Of a stretch of DNA of 50,099 nucleotides, positions 27,142 through 36,352 are shown piece by piece (position 1 is the stretch's first letter; each line of letters begins with the position of its first letter). Below the pieces are notes generated by a model, which worked only from the letters and a program-made list of their open reading frames with translations, ran no database searches and was not told the origin of the DNA. The position numbers were made by a program, and so were the translations under genes. The stretch comes from Armatimonadota bacterium (lineage in GTDB: Bacteria; Armatimonadota; SYMT01), in assembly GCA_041690135.1 (NCBI GenBank), contig JAWLHY010000022.1, positions 1-50,099 of the forward strand. The letters run 5' to 3'.

Positions 27142-29499
27142 ATGACTGATGAAACCGTCCTGAATGCCCTCCGCGCCTGCCTCACCTGGGAGGAGGTCGC
27201 CGCTTACCTCGATCTCGATATCGACGCGGCCCGCGCCCGGGCCGAAGCGCTGCTGCAAAGCCGGGTGCCCGCGCGCTCCGGCGAAGTGGTCGTCCCCGAG
27301 GTGTCGACGCGCATCGTGCGCGACGCCTGGGGCATCCCGCACGTCTTGGCGGAATCGGAGCTGGACGCGTACGTGGGCCTGGGATTCGCGATGGGGCAGG
27401 ATCGCCTGTGGCAGCTCGACGCCTTGCGCCGGGCGGCGACGGGCACCCTGGCGGAGATTCTCGGGCCGGCGCTGCTGGAGAGCGACCGCTTGATGCGGAC
27501 CCTGAACCTCCGGCGCGTGGCGGAACAGAGTGAGGCCACGCTACCGGACGACGTACGAGAGCAGTTGGAGGCCTTCTGCGGCGGTATCAACCTGGCGCGG
27601 GCCCTGGCGGAGCGGGAGGGCCTGCCGTTCGAGTTTGCCTTCCTGGAGTACTCGCCGGAGCCGTGGACGCCCCTGGACTCCCTGGTCGTGATGCGCGCCT
27701 TCTGGTGGCAGCTCACCGGGCGCTTCCCCGTGATCTGCCTGCCGGAGTTCGTGCGCCGTATCCTGGGCGACACCCCCCTTCTCCCGGCCTTCATGCAGCC
27801 GGAGGGAGATGAGGCGACCATCTGGCCGCGCGGCGTGCCGTACCCGCATCTCCCGCGGTGGGACGGGGGCCGGCTGGAGGGGCCGAAGCCGACCGACTCC
27901 GGCACCGTCGGCAGCAACAACTGGGTGGTCGGCCCCTCGCGGAGTGCCACGGGCGCACCGATGCTCTGCAGTGACCCGCACGTGCCTTTCATGCTGCCGA
28001 GCGTGTGGTACGAGGCCCGGCTCCAGGGCGGCGACCTGGATGCGGTTGGGGCCTTCTACGCGGGCGTGCCGGGCATTCTGTTCGGGCGCAACCGGAGCGT
28101 GGCCTGGGGGCTCACGAACAACATCTCCTCGCTCCGCGACCTCTACCTGGAAGCCACTGACAACACCGATCCCCAGCGCTACCGTCGCGGCGCCGAGTGG
28201 AAGGGGTTCACTGTCCGCACGGAGACCATCGCCGTCCGGGGCGCGGAGCCGGTGACTCTGGAAGTCCGGGAAGCCGATCACGGCCCCGTCGTCTCGGAGT
28301 TCCTGCCGGACTTCGCGCGCGTGGGGGAGACCGTGTCGCTGCGCTGGGTCGGCCACGAGCCGACCCGCGAGTTGGAAGCGCTGTTTGCCTTCGCCCGGGC
28401 CGGCTCCGTGCCCGCGTTCCGTGAGGCGCTCCGGCTCTGGTCCTGCCCCACTTTCAACTTCCTGATGGCGGACACGGCCGGGGAGATCGGCTACCAGCTC
28501 ACGGGTAAGATCCCTCTGCGCCGCATCGCCGAGCGCGGCTACCGGCCGGGGGACGATCCGGCCCACGTATGGGAGGACTATGTGCCGTTCGAGGCCCTTC
28601 CGGCCGTCGGGGAACCGCCGGAAGGTTGGCTCGCGTCGGCCAACAACCCCGTGGTGACGGATGCCTGGCCCTACCCTCTCTCCGGTACCTGGCCCAGTGA
28701 CTACCGGATGCAGCGGCTGATCCAGTACCTGAACCGCGCGGGCGCCCTCACCCCCGAGGATATGGCCGCGGGCCAGTCCGACGCCTACTGCATCCGTGCG
28801 GCCCAGTGGACCGAGCCGGCCGTCCGCGCCCTGCGGGAGGCCGGGGTCGACAGTCCCCTGTTGGACGAGCTACTCGCCTGGGACTCCATCTACACGGTGG
28901 ACAGCCGCCCCGCCTGTGTGTTCGAGGTCTTCTTCGTCGAGTGGAGCCGGCGAGTACTCCACCAGCGGTTCCCGGCGGCGATGCTCACCCACCTCTTCCC
29001 CAACGCGGCGGGGCTGGTGGAGCAACTCCTGATCGCGGACACCGTCGGCTGGTTCCCATCCGCGAAAGAGCGCCGACGCGCGCTCGCGGAAGCCTGGGAG
29101 GCCGCTCTGGACTGTCTCCAGACACGGATGGGCGCAGACGAGACGGATTGGCGCTGGGGCTCGATCCACGCGCTCCAGCTCCGCCATCCCCTGGCCCGAA
29201 CTCCCGTGCTCACCGATCTGCTCAACCGGGGGCCCTTCCCCCATCCCGGCACCTGGAATTCGGTCAACAACAGCCTGTACGACCCGGGCCGGCTGTTTGA
29301 GGCGATCAGCGGAGTCAGCTACCGGCTTTTCGCGAACCTGGCGGGGGAAACCCGGTCCATCAACGCCAGCGGTCAGTCCGGCCACCCCGGCAGCCCGCAC
29401 TATGTGGACCAGGTCCCCCTCTGGCAGCAGGGCGAGTACCACCCCCTCAACCTCGACCCCGACCCGAAAGGAGACACCTGGACCCTCCGCCCCGACTAA
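27142..29499 (+). CDS. penicillin acylase family (Ntn hydrolase)
   Basis: IVRDAWGIPHV, GQDRLWQLD, nucleophile motif GSNNWVV, SDPH, ASANN, WRWG, GQSGHPGSPHYVDQ. Confidence 0.93.
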   Translation: MTDETVLNALRACLTWEEVAAYLDLDIDAARARAEALLQSRVPARSGEVVVPEVSTRIVRDAWGIPHVLAESELDAYVGLGFAMGQDRLWQLDALRRAATGTLAEILGPALLESDRLMRTLNLRRVAEQSEATLPDDVREQLEAFCGGINLARALAEREGLPFEFAFLEYSPEPWTPLDSLVVMRAFWWQLTGRFPVICLPEFVRRILGDTPLLPAFMQPEGDEATIWPRGVPYPHLPRWDGGRLEGPKPTDSGTVGSNNWVVGPSRSATGAPMLCSDPHVPFMLPSVWYEARLQGGDLDAVGAFYAGVPGILFGRNRSVAWGLTNNISSLRDLYLEATDNTDPQRYRRGAEWKGFTVRTETIAVRGAEPVTLEVREADHGPVVSEFLPDFARVGETVSLRWVGHEPTRELEALFAFARAGSVPAFREALRLWSCPTFNFLMADTAGEIGYQLTGKIPLRRIAERGYRPGDDPAHVWEDYVPFEALPAVGEPPEGWLASANNPVVTDAWPYPLSGTWPSDYRMQRLIQYLNRAGALTPEDMAAGQSDAYCIRAAQWTEPAVRALREAGVDSPLLDELLAWDSIYTVDSRPACVFEVFFVEWSRRVLHQRFPAAMLTHLFPNAAGLVEQLLIADTVGWFPSAKERRRALAEAWEAALDCLQTRMGADETDWRWGSIHALQLRHPLARTPVLTDLLNRGPFPHPGTWNSVNNSLYDPGRLFEAISGVSYRLFANLAGETRSINASGQSGHPGSPHYVDQVPLWQQGEYHPLNLDPDPKGDTWTLRPD

Positions 29500-29507
29500 G
29501 CAGGATC

Positions 29508-29744
29508 CTACCTCGGGGTGCTCGGCGTGCGCAGATACTCCGCGGCTTCCTGATCCGTGAAGTCGGCGCCCGCGGAGGTCTTCATGTGGGGCTCCCAGCG
29601 GTCCAGGTCTTCGGCGCGGATGTAAAATGCACCGCCCTGGTTCACGAAGGGAAGATCGCCCGCGTCGATGCTCTTGCGGAGATCGCCGACGGGCACCCCC
29701 TTGCGGGTCGCGGCTTCGTGCAGCGAAAGTAGCTCTTCCTTCAT
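29508..29744 (-). CDS. small excisionase-like (HTH_17/MerR-type) DNA-binding protein
   Basis: LLSLHEAA...IDAGDLP...FYIRAEDLDRW; SD aaggag. Confidence 0.7.
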   Translation of the reverse strand: MKEELLSLHEAATRKGVPVGDLRKSIDAGDLPFVNQGGAFYIRAEDLDRWEPHMKTSAGADFTDQEAAEYLRTPSTPR

Positions 29745-30006
29745 AACGTACTCCTTGTCCTCTCAGGGTTGCGTAACTGCGGCACGCTCCATGCACGGTT
29801 CCCCCGGCGCCGGGAAATCCAAACGGTAGAGATCGTGAGGCCGGAGAATGACCGCGGCAAAATCTGGCGCCCGATCACGACCGGAGGGCGGAATCGATGG
29901 CTTGTAGGGCTAACATGGAAATGGCGAGACAGTCTGGGAGGGCGCGCCGCCGCCTACCGGGCACCGGTAAAGAGACCCTTTCCCGAACTGAACCCTGAAT
30001 CGACCC

Positions 30007-31059
30007 ATGCGCAAGCACACGTTTCAACTCCTGGCCTGTACCTTTCCCCTGGCACTCTTCCCCACCGCGCTGGCCGGTTGCGCCGGAGCTTCTGCGCCGG
30101 CAACCTCCGCCAGTGCATCCGGAGCGGTGGAGCGAGGAACCCCGGACCGGAGCCCCGCCACCGGTGAAAGCCGCCGGTCTGCGTCGTCCCACCTAGCCGA
30201 TGCGCAACCCGAGACGGATGCATCCTTTTCGGCCGGCGCGCGCGAACTCTTTCAACCGCTCGTAATGAAGGAGACACGGACCCCCTCCCGCCGGGCCGGG
30301 GAGGAGCACAGCCGTCAGGGCGCGCTTGCTCCGGTCCCGGAATCCACCTTCCGGCAGCCGGAAGAGATTCCGCAGGTCGGTGAGGGAGACGGGGATGCGG
30401 ACGAGGATCGGCCTATTCTGCGCGGAGTGATGCGTCAGGGTAACTCCGTGCGGGCCGTCATCGAAGACCCCGAAGCAAAGATCACCCGCACCGTGCGTGC
30501 CGGCGAGCGGGTCTTCGGCTACGAGGTGGTAGAAATCGCCAACGAGAGCGCCGTACTCCGCGGTGAGGGTGAAACCCTCGCCCTCACGCTCGATCCCGGC
30601 GAAGCCCCGGCCCTCATCGAACCGCTCTCCGATGGCCTGGGCCTGGCCGATCCCCGCAACTCCGCCCTGGCGGGCCTTCCATCGCACCTGGCCCTGACCC
30701 TCTCCCGGGTGCTGCCGAAGGAAGGGGAACTGGTCCGCGTGCGGCCCGATACGGACGACGGGATCCGTCTCTGGCGAGTGGAGAAGCGGATCAACGGTAT
30801 GTCCCACGAGGTCCGGATCGCCGAAGACGGCCGTATCCTTCGGGTGGAGGCCCGCCTGAAACTGGAGGACGTTCCGAAGGCGGTCACCGCCGCCGCGGAG
30901 AAGGCGGTGGAAGGCTACGTGATCAACCCTTCCGATACCCCTCGTTACTGGGACCGCAACGGCCGGAAGTACTACGAGATCGAAGTGATGCGCCCCGGTA
31001 CCCGGGATGAGATCGACCTTCAAATCGCCCCCGACGGAAGCGTCATCGGTCGAGACTGA
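30007..31059 (+). CDS. putative lipoprotein with GspC/PilP-like segment and PepSY-like C-terminal repeats
   Basis: Lipobox LAGC; LRGVM..RAVIED...VRAGERVFGYEVVEI; HEVRIAEDGRIL, LEDVPKAV, YYEIE...IAPDG. Confidence 0.7.
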   Translation: MRKHTFQLLACTFPLALFPTALAGCAGASAPATSASASGAVERGTPDRSPATGESRRSASSHLADAQPETDASFSAGARELFQPLVMKETRTPSRRAGEEHSRQGALAPVPESTFRQPEEIPQVGEGDGDADEDRPILRGVMRQGNSVRAVIEDPEAKITRTVRAGERVFGYEVVEIANESAVLRGEGETLALTLDPGEAPALIEPLSDGLGLADPRNSALAGLPSHLALTLSRVLPKEGELVRVRPDTDDGIRLWRVEKRINGMSHEVRIAEDGRILRVEARLKLEDVPKAVTAAAEKAVEGYVINPSDTPRYWDRNGRKYYEIEVMRPGTRDEIDLQIAPDGSVIGRD

Positions 31060-31188
31060 CCTTCCGACAATGGAGGGGGAATAACCGCGCTTGCCGCAAA
31101 CTCCGGTGCGAGTTCCTTGCCGGCCTCCGGGTAGGTGGCCGGGGGCGTTGCTCCGGTTGTTCGCGTTTCCTATCACGCAAAGCTCACC

Positions 31189-33708
31189 ATGAACCCTTCG
31201 TCCCCCCTCCAAGGGCGCCTCGCCGCCGCGGCACTCGTTGTACTTTCCTGCCTGGCGGTCGGGCACGCCCGTGCCGCAAAGCCCGCACTTTCGCGTCAGG
31301 CCGCGAGCCCGCGGGTTCCCCAGCGCTACAGCCTGTTCGATTTCGGCGTAGCGCCGAGCGGGCAGCCGCGGATGGCTCGGGCCATCTCCAACAGCGGGTG
31401 GGTCGTTGGATCCTTCGAACTCGATTTCTTCGATACGCGCGGCTTCGCCTGGAAGGACTCCTTGTACTACAACCGGCTTCCCCTCCCCGGGGGCTCCAGC
31501 AGCACGGTGACAGACGTCAATGAAGCAGGAGTAGCCGCCGGTTCCGCCCTCAACGCGGACTTTCTGTCCCGCCCCTGCCGCTGGGGCAGCCTGACGCTCC
31601 CGGTGGACCTGGAACCCGGCAGCGAAGAATACGAAGAGGCGTTCGGCATCAACAATCTGGGCGCGGTCGTCGGCTACGGAATCAACCCGGACGGCGAGGT
31701 GCGCGGCGCCGTGTGGTATGAAGGCGTTAAGACCCTCCTTCCGACCCTGGGTGGCTTGATGGGCCAGGCGAACGCCGTGAACGACGCTGGTCAGGTCGTG
31801 GGCACGGCGGAGACATTGGACGGCTGGACCCACGCCTGCCTCTGGGAGTCCGGCGCTCCGACGGACCTGGGCACCCTGGGAGGTCTGGACAGCGCGGCTT
31901 ATGCCATCAATGCGTCCGGACAGATCGCCGGAAGCGCGACGGACAACGACGGCTTTCTCCAGCCGGTGGTGTGGGAACAGGGAGTGATCCGGCCTTTGGA
32001 GTTGATGGAGGGGGCCGAGGGAGAGGCGCTGGGTCTGAACGGTCAGGGCCACGTGGTGGGAGAGGTCCTGGACGCCGAACTCGTCTCCTCCGCCGTGCGC
32101 TGGATCGGCGGTACCCCGGCCGATCTCAACGCATTGATTCCCGGCGGCACCGGGTGGATTCTCGAAAGGGCCCTCGACATCAATGACCGGGGCCAGATAG
32201 TCGCCGCAGGAACGCTCAATGGTGAGCCGCGTTCCTGCCTTTTGACGCCGGTCGCGACCGACCTCTCCGTTGTTGGAACGACGACGCCCGCTCCCGGGCT
32301 CGCAGGTCGAGCCCTGACCGTCAACCTGACGGTACGCAACTCGGGGCCGAACGCCAGCCCGGAAAGCCGCCTCACTCTAACTCTCCCACCGGGAGTAACC
32401 TTGAGTTCGGCCAGCCCCGCCTATACTCAATCGGGGAGTGAACTGACGTTCGACCTGGGCACCCTCTCCAATGGGGCTACCAGAACAGCAACGGTTGTGG
32501 TGATCCCATCCGCACCTGGCTCATTGAGCTTCGGAGCCAGCGTCTCCAGTGCGGAGTACGACCCGGACGCGGCGGACGATTCGACCCAGATCACCACGAC
32601 GGTGGCACAGCCGCAGGCCGATCTCCGCATCACGCAGACCGCCAACCCGGAAACGGGAGTGGCCGAAGAGCTGCTCACCTACACGCTTACGGTCCACAAC
32701 GAGGGACCGCATGCGGCGGAGGGAGTCATCGTCACGAATATGCTCCCTTCCGGAGTAGAACTGGTTTCGACCAGTCCGGCCGCTACACGCGCGGAAAACA
32801 CCCTCACCTTCGCCCTGGGCAACCTGGGAGTTCAGGAGACCGCCGGCCTCACGATCGAGGTGCGGCCGGAAACCGCGGGAACCCTTTCCAATACCGTCAC
32901 CCTCTCCAGCGCCACTCCGGACCCAGATCCCCAGAACAACACGTCTTCGCTGACCACGACCGTGACTCCCGAACCTGGGCCCGATCTGACGGGGAGCTGG
33001 CAGGGACTTTACGCCCGCTGCCGCGGCGCCGGACGGGCCCTACGCTGTAACCTCACCGGCAGCTTCCGCGTGCGGAACAGTGGGTCGCAAGCTGCGGGCG
33101 CCTCCACCCTCCGCTTGTTGCTATCCGAGGACGCGATAGCGGATGCGCAGGACACGCCCGTCAAGTCCGTCCCGATCCGCGCGCTGGGTGCCGGCGAGGC
33201 GGTGGAGATCGGGATATCCGGTCAGCTTCCTCGCGGCATCTCCCCCGCTGGGAAGTACGTTCTCGCGGTCATCGACGCCGACGGTAGGGTCTCCGAGCCG
33301 GTCGAAACGAATAACGAGGTGGCCTACGGTCCCCTTCCCACCCTGCCGGACCTGGCCGGCAGCTGGCAGGAAGTGACGCACGTGTGCCGGGGGCCGGAAA
33401 ATCGGCGGCGCTGCTCCGTGCGCGGCAACCTGACAGTGCGCAACGAGGGAGCCGACAGCAAGCCCGGCTTCATCGTCCGCCTCCTCCTCTCGTCCGACTC
33501 GATGCCGGACCCAGGCGACCGGAAGCTGCGGGACATCCGGGTGCGCTCCCTGGCCGCGGGGGCGACCCGCACGATCAAGTTCGTTGCTACCTTACCGCGA
33601 GGAGTGGAGGCCGCCGGCCAGTATGTGCTGGCCGTAATCGATGCCGCGGGTGCCGTCCCGGAGAGTGACGAGACGAACAACATCCTGTCGCATGGGCCGC
33701 TGGAGTGA
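31189..33708 (+). CDS. secreted protein: HAF-type extracellular repeats + 2x DUF11 + 2x CARDB-like domains
   Basis: DLGTLGG..SAAYAINASGQIAG repeats; TYTLTVHNEGP...DPDPQNN; two PDLxGSW...V.ExxETNN domains. Confidence 0.85.
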   Translation: MNPSSPLQGRLAAAALVVLSCLAVGHARAAKPALSRQAASPRVPQRYSLFDFGVAPSGQPRMARAISNSGWVVGSFELDFFDTRGFAWKDSLYYNRLPLPGGSSSTVTDVNEAGVAAGSALNADFLSRPCRWGSLTLPVDLEPGSEEYEEAFGINNLGAVVGYGINPDGEVRGAVWYEGVKTLLPTLGGLMGQANAVNDAGQVVGTAETLDGWTHACLWESGAPTDLGTLGGLDSAAYAINASGQIAGSATDNDGFLQPVVWEQGVIRPLELMEGAEGEALGLNGQGHVVGEVLDAELVSSAVRWIGGTPADLNALIPGGTGWILERALDINDRGQIVAAGTLNGEPRSCLLTPVATDLSVVGTTTPAPGLAGRALTVNLTVRNSGPNASPESRLTLTLPPGVTLSSASPAYTQSGSELTFDLGTLSNGATRTATVVVIPSAPGSLSFGASVSSAEYDPDAADDSTQITTTVAQPQADLRITQTANPETGVAEELLTYTLTVHNEGPHAAEGVIVTNMLPSGVELVSTSPAATRAENTLTFALGNLGVQETAGLTIEVRPETAGTLSNTVTLSSATPDPDPQNNTSSLTTTVTPEPGPDLTGSWQGLYARCRGAGRALRCNLTGSFRVRNSGSQAAGASTLRLLLSEDAIADAQDTPVKSVPIRALGAGEAVEIGISGQLPRGISPAGKYVLAVIDADGRVSEPVETNNEVAYGPLPTLPDLAGSWQEVTHVCRGPENRRRCSVRGNLTVRNEGADSKPGFIVRLLLSSDSMPDPGDRKLRDIRVRSLAAGATRTIKFVATLPRGVEAAGQYVLAVIDAAGAVPESDETNNILSHGPLE

Positions 33709-36327
33709 CTATGCGTTAGAAGGCCCGACCGGAAGGGCGGCCAGAAGACGGCCCAACTCTTCCGGATCGATCGGCTTCACCAGGTGTTGGTCGAAGCCCG
33801 CCTCCCGCGCGCGACGGCGGTCTTCGGCCTGACCATAGCCGCTTAGCGCAATAATGGGGAGTTCCGCTGTCTCCGGGTTGGCCCGCAGTTGCCCCGCCAC
33901 GGCGTAGCCGTCCATCCCCGGCAGGCCGATGTCGCAAAGGATCACGTGAGGCCGAACCGTGGCGGCCAGAGCCACGCCCTCGTCGCCCGTAGCCGCCAAC
34001 TCCACCTGGTGTCCGTTGAGTTCCAAAAGGTCCTGGAGTGTCTCGGCAGCATCCACGTTGTCCTCGATGACCAGGATTTTCAGGGAGACGGGACGGTCCG
34101 AAGACACCACCGCCGGCTTGTCGGGTTGCGGCGCCGAAGGCGCTTCCGGGGCGGTAACAACCGGAAGGTGGAAACAGAATTCCGAGCCGCAGCCGAGTCC
34201 GTCGCTCCGTACTTCCACCTGGCCCTGGTGGAGCTCCACAAGACCCCTGACGAGTGCCAACCCCAGCCCCAGGCCACCCTGGCTGCGGTCCAGGCTCCGG
34301 CGATCCTGCACGAAGGCATCCCACACCCGTGGAAGTACTTCGGGCGCGATACCGATCCCGGTATCGCGCACCGAAACCGTTACGCGCATGCCCGCGGTCT
34401 CCGCCACGCGAACGGTGACCTTGCCCCCTTCCCGGTTGTACTTGATCGCGTTGCTGATGAAGTTGGTCACTACCTGGGCCAAGCGGGTCGGATCACCATG
34501 CACCCACACCGGCATTTCCGGCAGTTCCACCTGCCACGCCAACCCGGCATCGCGGGCCGCCGGCCCGAAGTCCTGGCTCGCCTCGCGAACCACCCGCACC
34601 AGGTCTACCGGCTGCCGCTGCAACTCGATCTTTCCGCGGTTGATCCGCGACACGTCGAGAAGATCGTCTACGATGCGACCTTCATGCCGTAGCTGCCGCT
34701 CGATGACGTTCAACGCGCGGGCCCAGGCCGGCGTCTGGGGCGAAGCAGCCCGGAGCACCGCCACGGCATTCCGGATCGCGGCCATGGGGTTCCGCAATTC
34801 GTGGCCCAGCATCGCCAGGAACTGCTCCTTTTGCCGGTCCGCCTCCGCTAGCTGCTCGGCGACATGCTGCAGGTGTTCGTTCTGCGAGTGGACCTCGTCC
34901 GTGAGGTTGTGCAGTTCCTCATTCTGCGCCTGGATCTCTTCATTCTGCGCCTGGATCTCTTCGGACTGCGCCTGCAGTTCCTCGTTCTGCGCCTCGAGTT
35001 CCTCGTTCTTGTCCTGCAACTCGGCAGCCAGCCGGCTCACTTCCGCGTGCGTGGCGGCATTCTGCAGGCTAACGGCGAGGCTGCGAGCACTCTGCTCCAC
35101 AAACCGAAGTGTCTCCTCGGGCAGGTCGCGGACACTCCCCAGCAGGATCACGCCGTGCGCCTCACCCTGGAACAGAAGCGGGACCGCGGCGATGGTGCGC
35201 GGCGGTACATCCTCGAACCCGAACCGGAGCTGGAACGGCGCATCCTTCGGAATGCCACGCACCACCACGGGCGCCTTGCGGGCGACGGCTTGACCGGGCA
35301 CGCCTTCGCCCACCCGCAGCCAGGGTGCAGCCCCATCCAGGGCATACCCCGCCACGCGCTGAAGAGTCTCCGGCTCCGCTCCTCGCAGGTAAATCGCACC
35401 CAACTCGCACTGCGCGTGACCGACGATCTGAGCCAGTGCCTCGGAGGAGATCGCTTCGAGGTCGATGCTGGCGGCCAGCGCCGCGGATACCGCCGCATCC
35501 GCCTCCAGCCGCTGCTCGCGCCGCTGCAGGATGACCGCCATGTGGGCCACCGCGCGGCTGAGTGCCGTCAACTCATCGCGGGGCTTACCCGCCGCCAGGC
35601 CCTCCTCGGGTCCCTTCTTCTGCAGGGCCAGGGCCTCCCCGAAGTCCCCGGCTTCGAGCGCGGTCGTAACCTTGAGGAGGCGGACTACGGGTGCGCGGAC
35701 TGCATGAACGGTGCTGGCGGCGGTGGTGACCCCAATGCCGAACATCAGGAGGGTGAGGATCACGAAAATGCGACTGGAAACGATCTGCATCTCCAGCAGT
35801 TCCGCGTGCGCCACCTGCCGCTTTCGAACCTGCAGGTCCAGGAACTGCTGCGTGCGGGAGATCAGGCCGGCGCGAATCTCCCCCAGTTCGCGCTCTGCCG
35901 CCCGGCGCTCGGCCAGCGAAACGTTCCGTCCGGCGAGTTCCACAAAGCGGTCCGCGGTCTCGTCATAACGAGCCGCCAGCGCCGGAATGGGAGCGAAGAT
36001 CGCCTGGCCATCGGGATCTTTGGGGAGGGACTGAAGGCGATCCAGGGCCACGGAGCCTTCTTCTCTCGCACGCTCGTATTCCGAGAGCAATTGCGGCGCC
36101 GGCGAGAGTACAAAACTGCGTGCGGCTACCGCTTGCCGCAGATTGGCCTGCTGGATCGCGTGCGCCGCGTCGGCGCGAGGACCGATCAGTTGCGAGAGGC
36201 GACGCTCCAGCGTTTCAACCCGGTGCGACTCATAAAGAGAAAAGGAGACCAGGATAGCCAGTAGCATCAGGACCGTGCCAAACCCAACCGCCAGGCGCTG
36301 TCCGATGCTCAAGTCCAGTTTTGCCAT
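33709..36327 (-). CDS. membrane hybrid histidine kinase (periplasmic 4-helix sensor, HAMP, GAF, NEEL heptad coiled coil, HisKA, HATPase, REC)
   Basis: LSIGQRL+TM, second TM, DELTAL, GEGVPGQA, FLAMLGHELRNPM, NAIKYN, GLGLGL, CDIGLPGMDG...KP. ATG 36327 chosen. Confidence 0.93.
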   Translation of the reverse strand: MAKLDLSIGQRLAVGFGTVLMLLAILVSFSLYESHRVETLERRLSQLIGPRADAAHAIQQANLRQAVAARSFVLSPAPQLLSEYERAREEGSVALDRLQSLPKDPDGQAIFAPIPALAARYDETADRFVELAGRNVSLAERRAAERELGEIRAGLISRTQQFLDLQVRKRQVAHAELLEMQIVSSRIFVILTLLMFGIGVTTAASTVHAVRAPVVRLLKVTTALEAGDFGEALALQKKGPEEGLAAGKPRDELTALSRAVAHMAVILQRREQRLEADAAVSAALAASIDLEAISSEALAQIVGHAQCELGAIYLRGAEPETLQRVAGYALDGAAPWLRVGEGVPGQAVARKAPVVVRGIPKDAPFQLRFGFEDVPPRTIAAVPLLFQGEAHGVILLGSVRDLPEETLRFVEQSARSLAVSLQNAATHAEVSRLAAELQDKNEELEAQNEELQAQSEEIQAQNEEIQAQNEELHNLTDEVHSQNEHLQHVAEQLAEADRQKEQFLAMLGHELRNPMAAIRNAVAVLRAASPQTPAWARALNVIERQLRHEGRIVDDLLDVSRINRGKIELQRQPVDLVRVVREASQDFGPAARDAGLAWQVELPEMPVWVHGDPTRLAQVVTNFISNAIKYNREGGKVTVRVAETAGMRVTVSVRDTGIGIAPEVLPRVWDAFVQDRRSLDRSQGGLGLGLALVRGLVELHQGQVEVRSDGLGCGSEFCFHLPVVTAPEAPSAPQPDKPAVVSSDRPVSLKILVIEDNVDAAETLQDLLELNGHQVELAATGDEGVALAATVRPHVILCDIGLPGMDGYAVAGQLRANPETAELPIIALSGYGQAEDRRRAREAGFDQHLVKPIDPEELGRLLAALPVGPSNA
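34912..35016 (-). repeat. 21-bp coding tandem repeat (Q-A-Q-N-E-E-[IL])
   Basis: QDKNEEL EAQNEEL QAQSEEI QAQNEEI QAQNEEL. Confidence 0.85.
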
Positions 36328-36352
36328 ACCTGACGTGTTCCTTATCTCTCCC

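Noticed and set aside
29508-29744. Prophage or integrative element suggested by the excisionase-like gene
   Set aside because: No integrase, att-like repeats, tRNA or phage genes nearby.
553-32052. Long antisense or alternate-frame ORFs (for example 553-1923-, 8314-9486-, 16243-17412+, 20818-22869-, 30193-32052-)
   Set aside because: They overlap well-supported genes, have no recognisable motifs and are expected shadows in GC-rich DNA.
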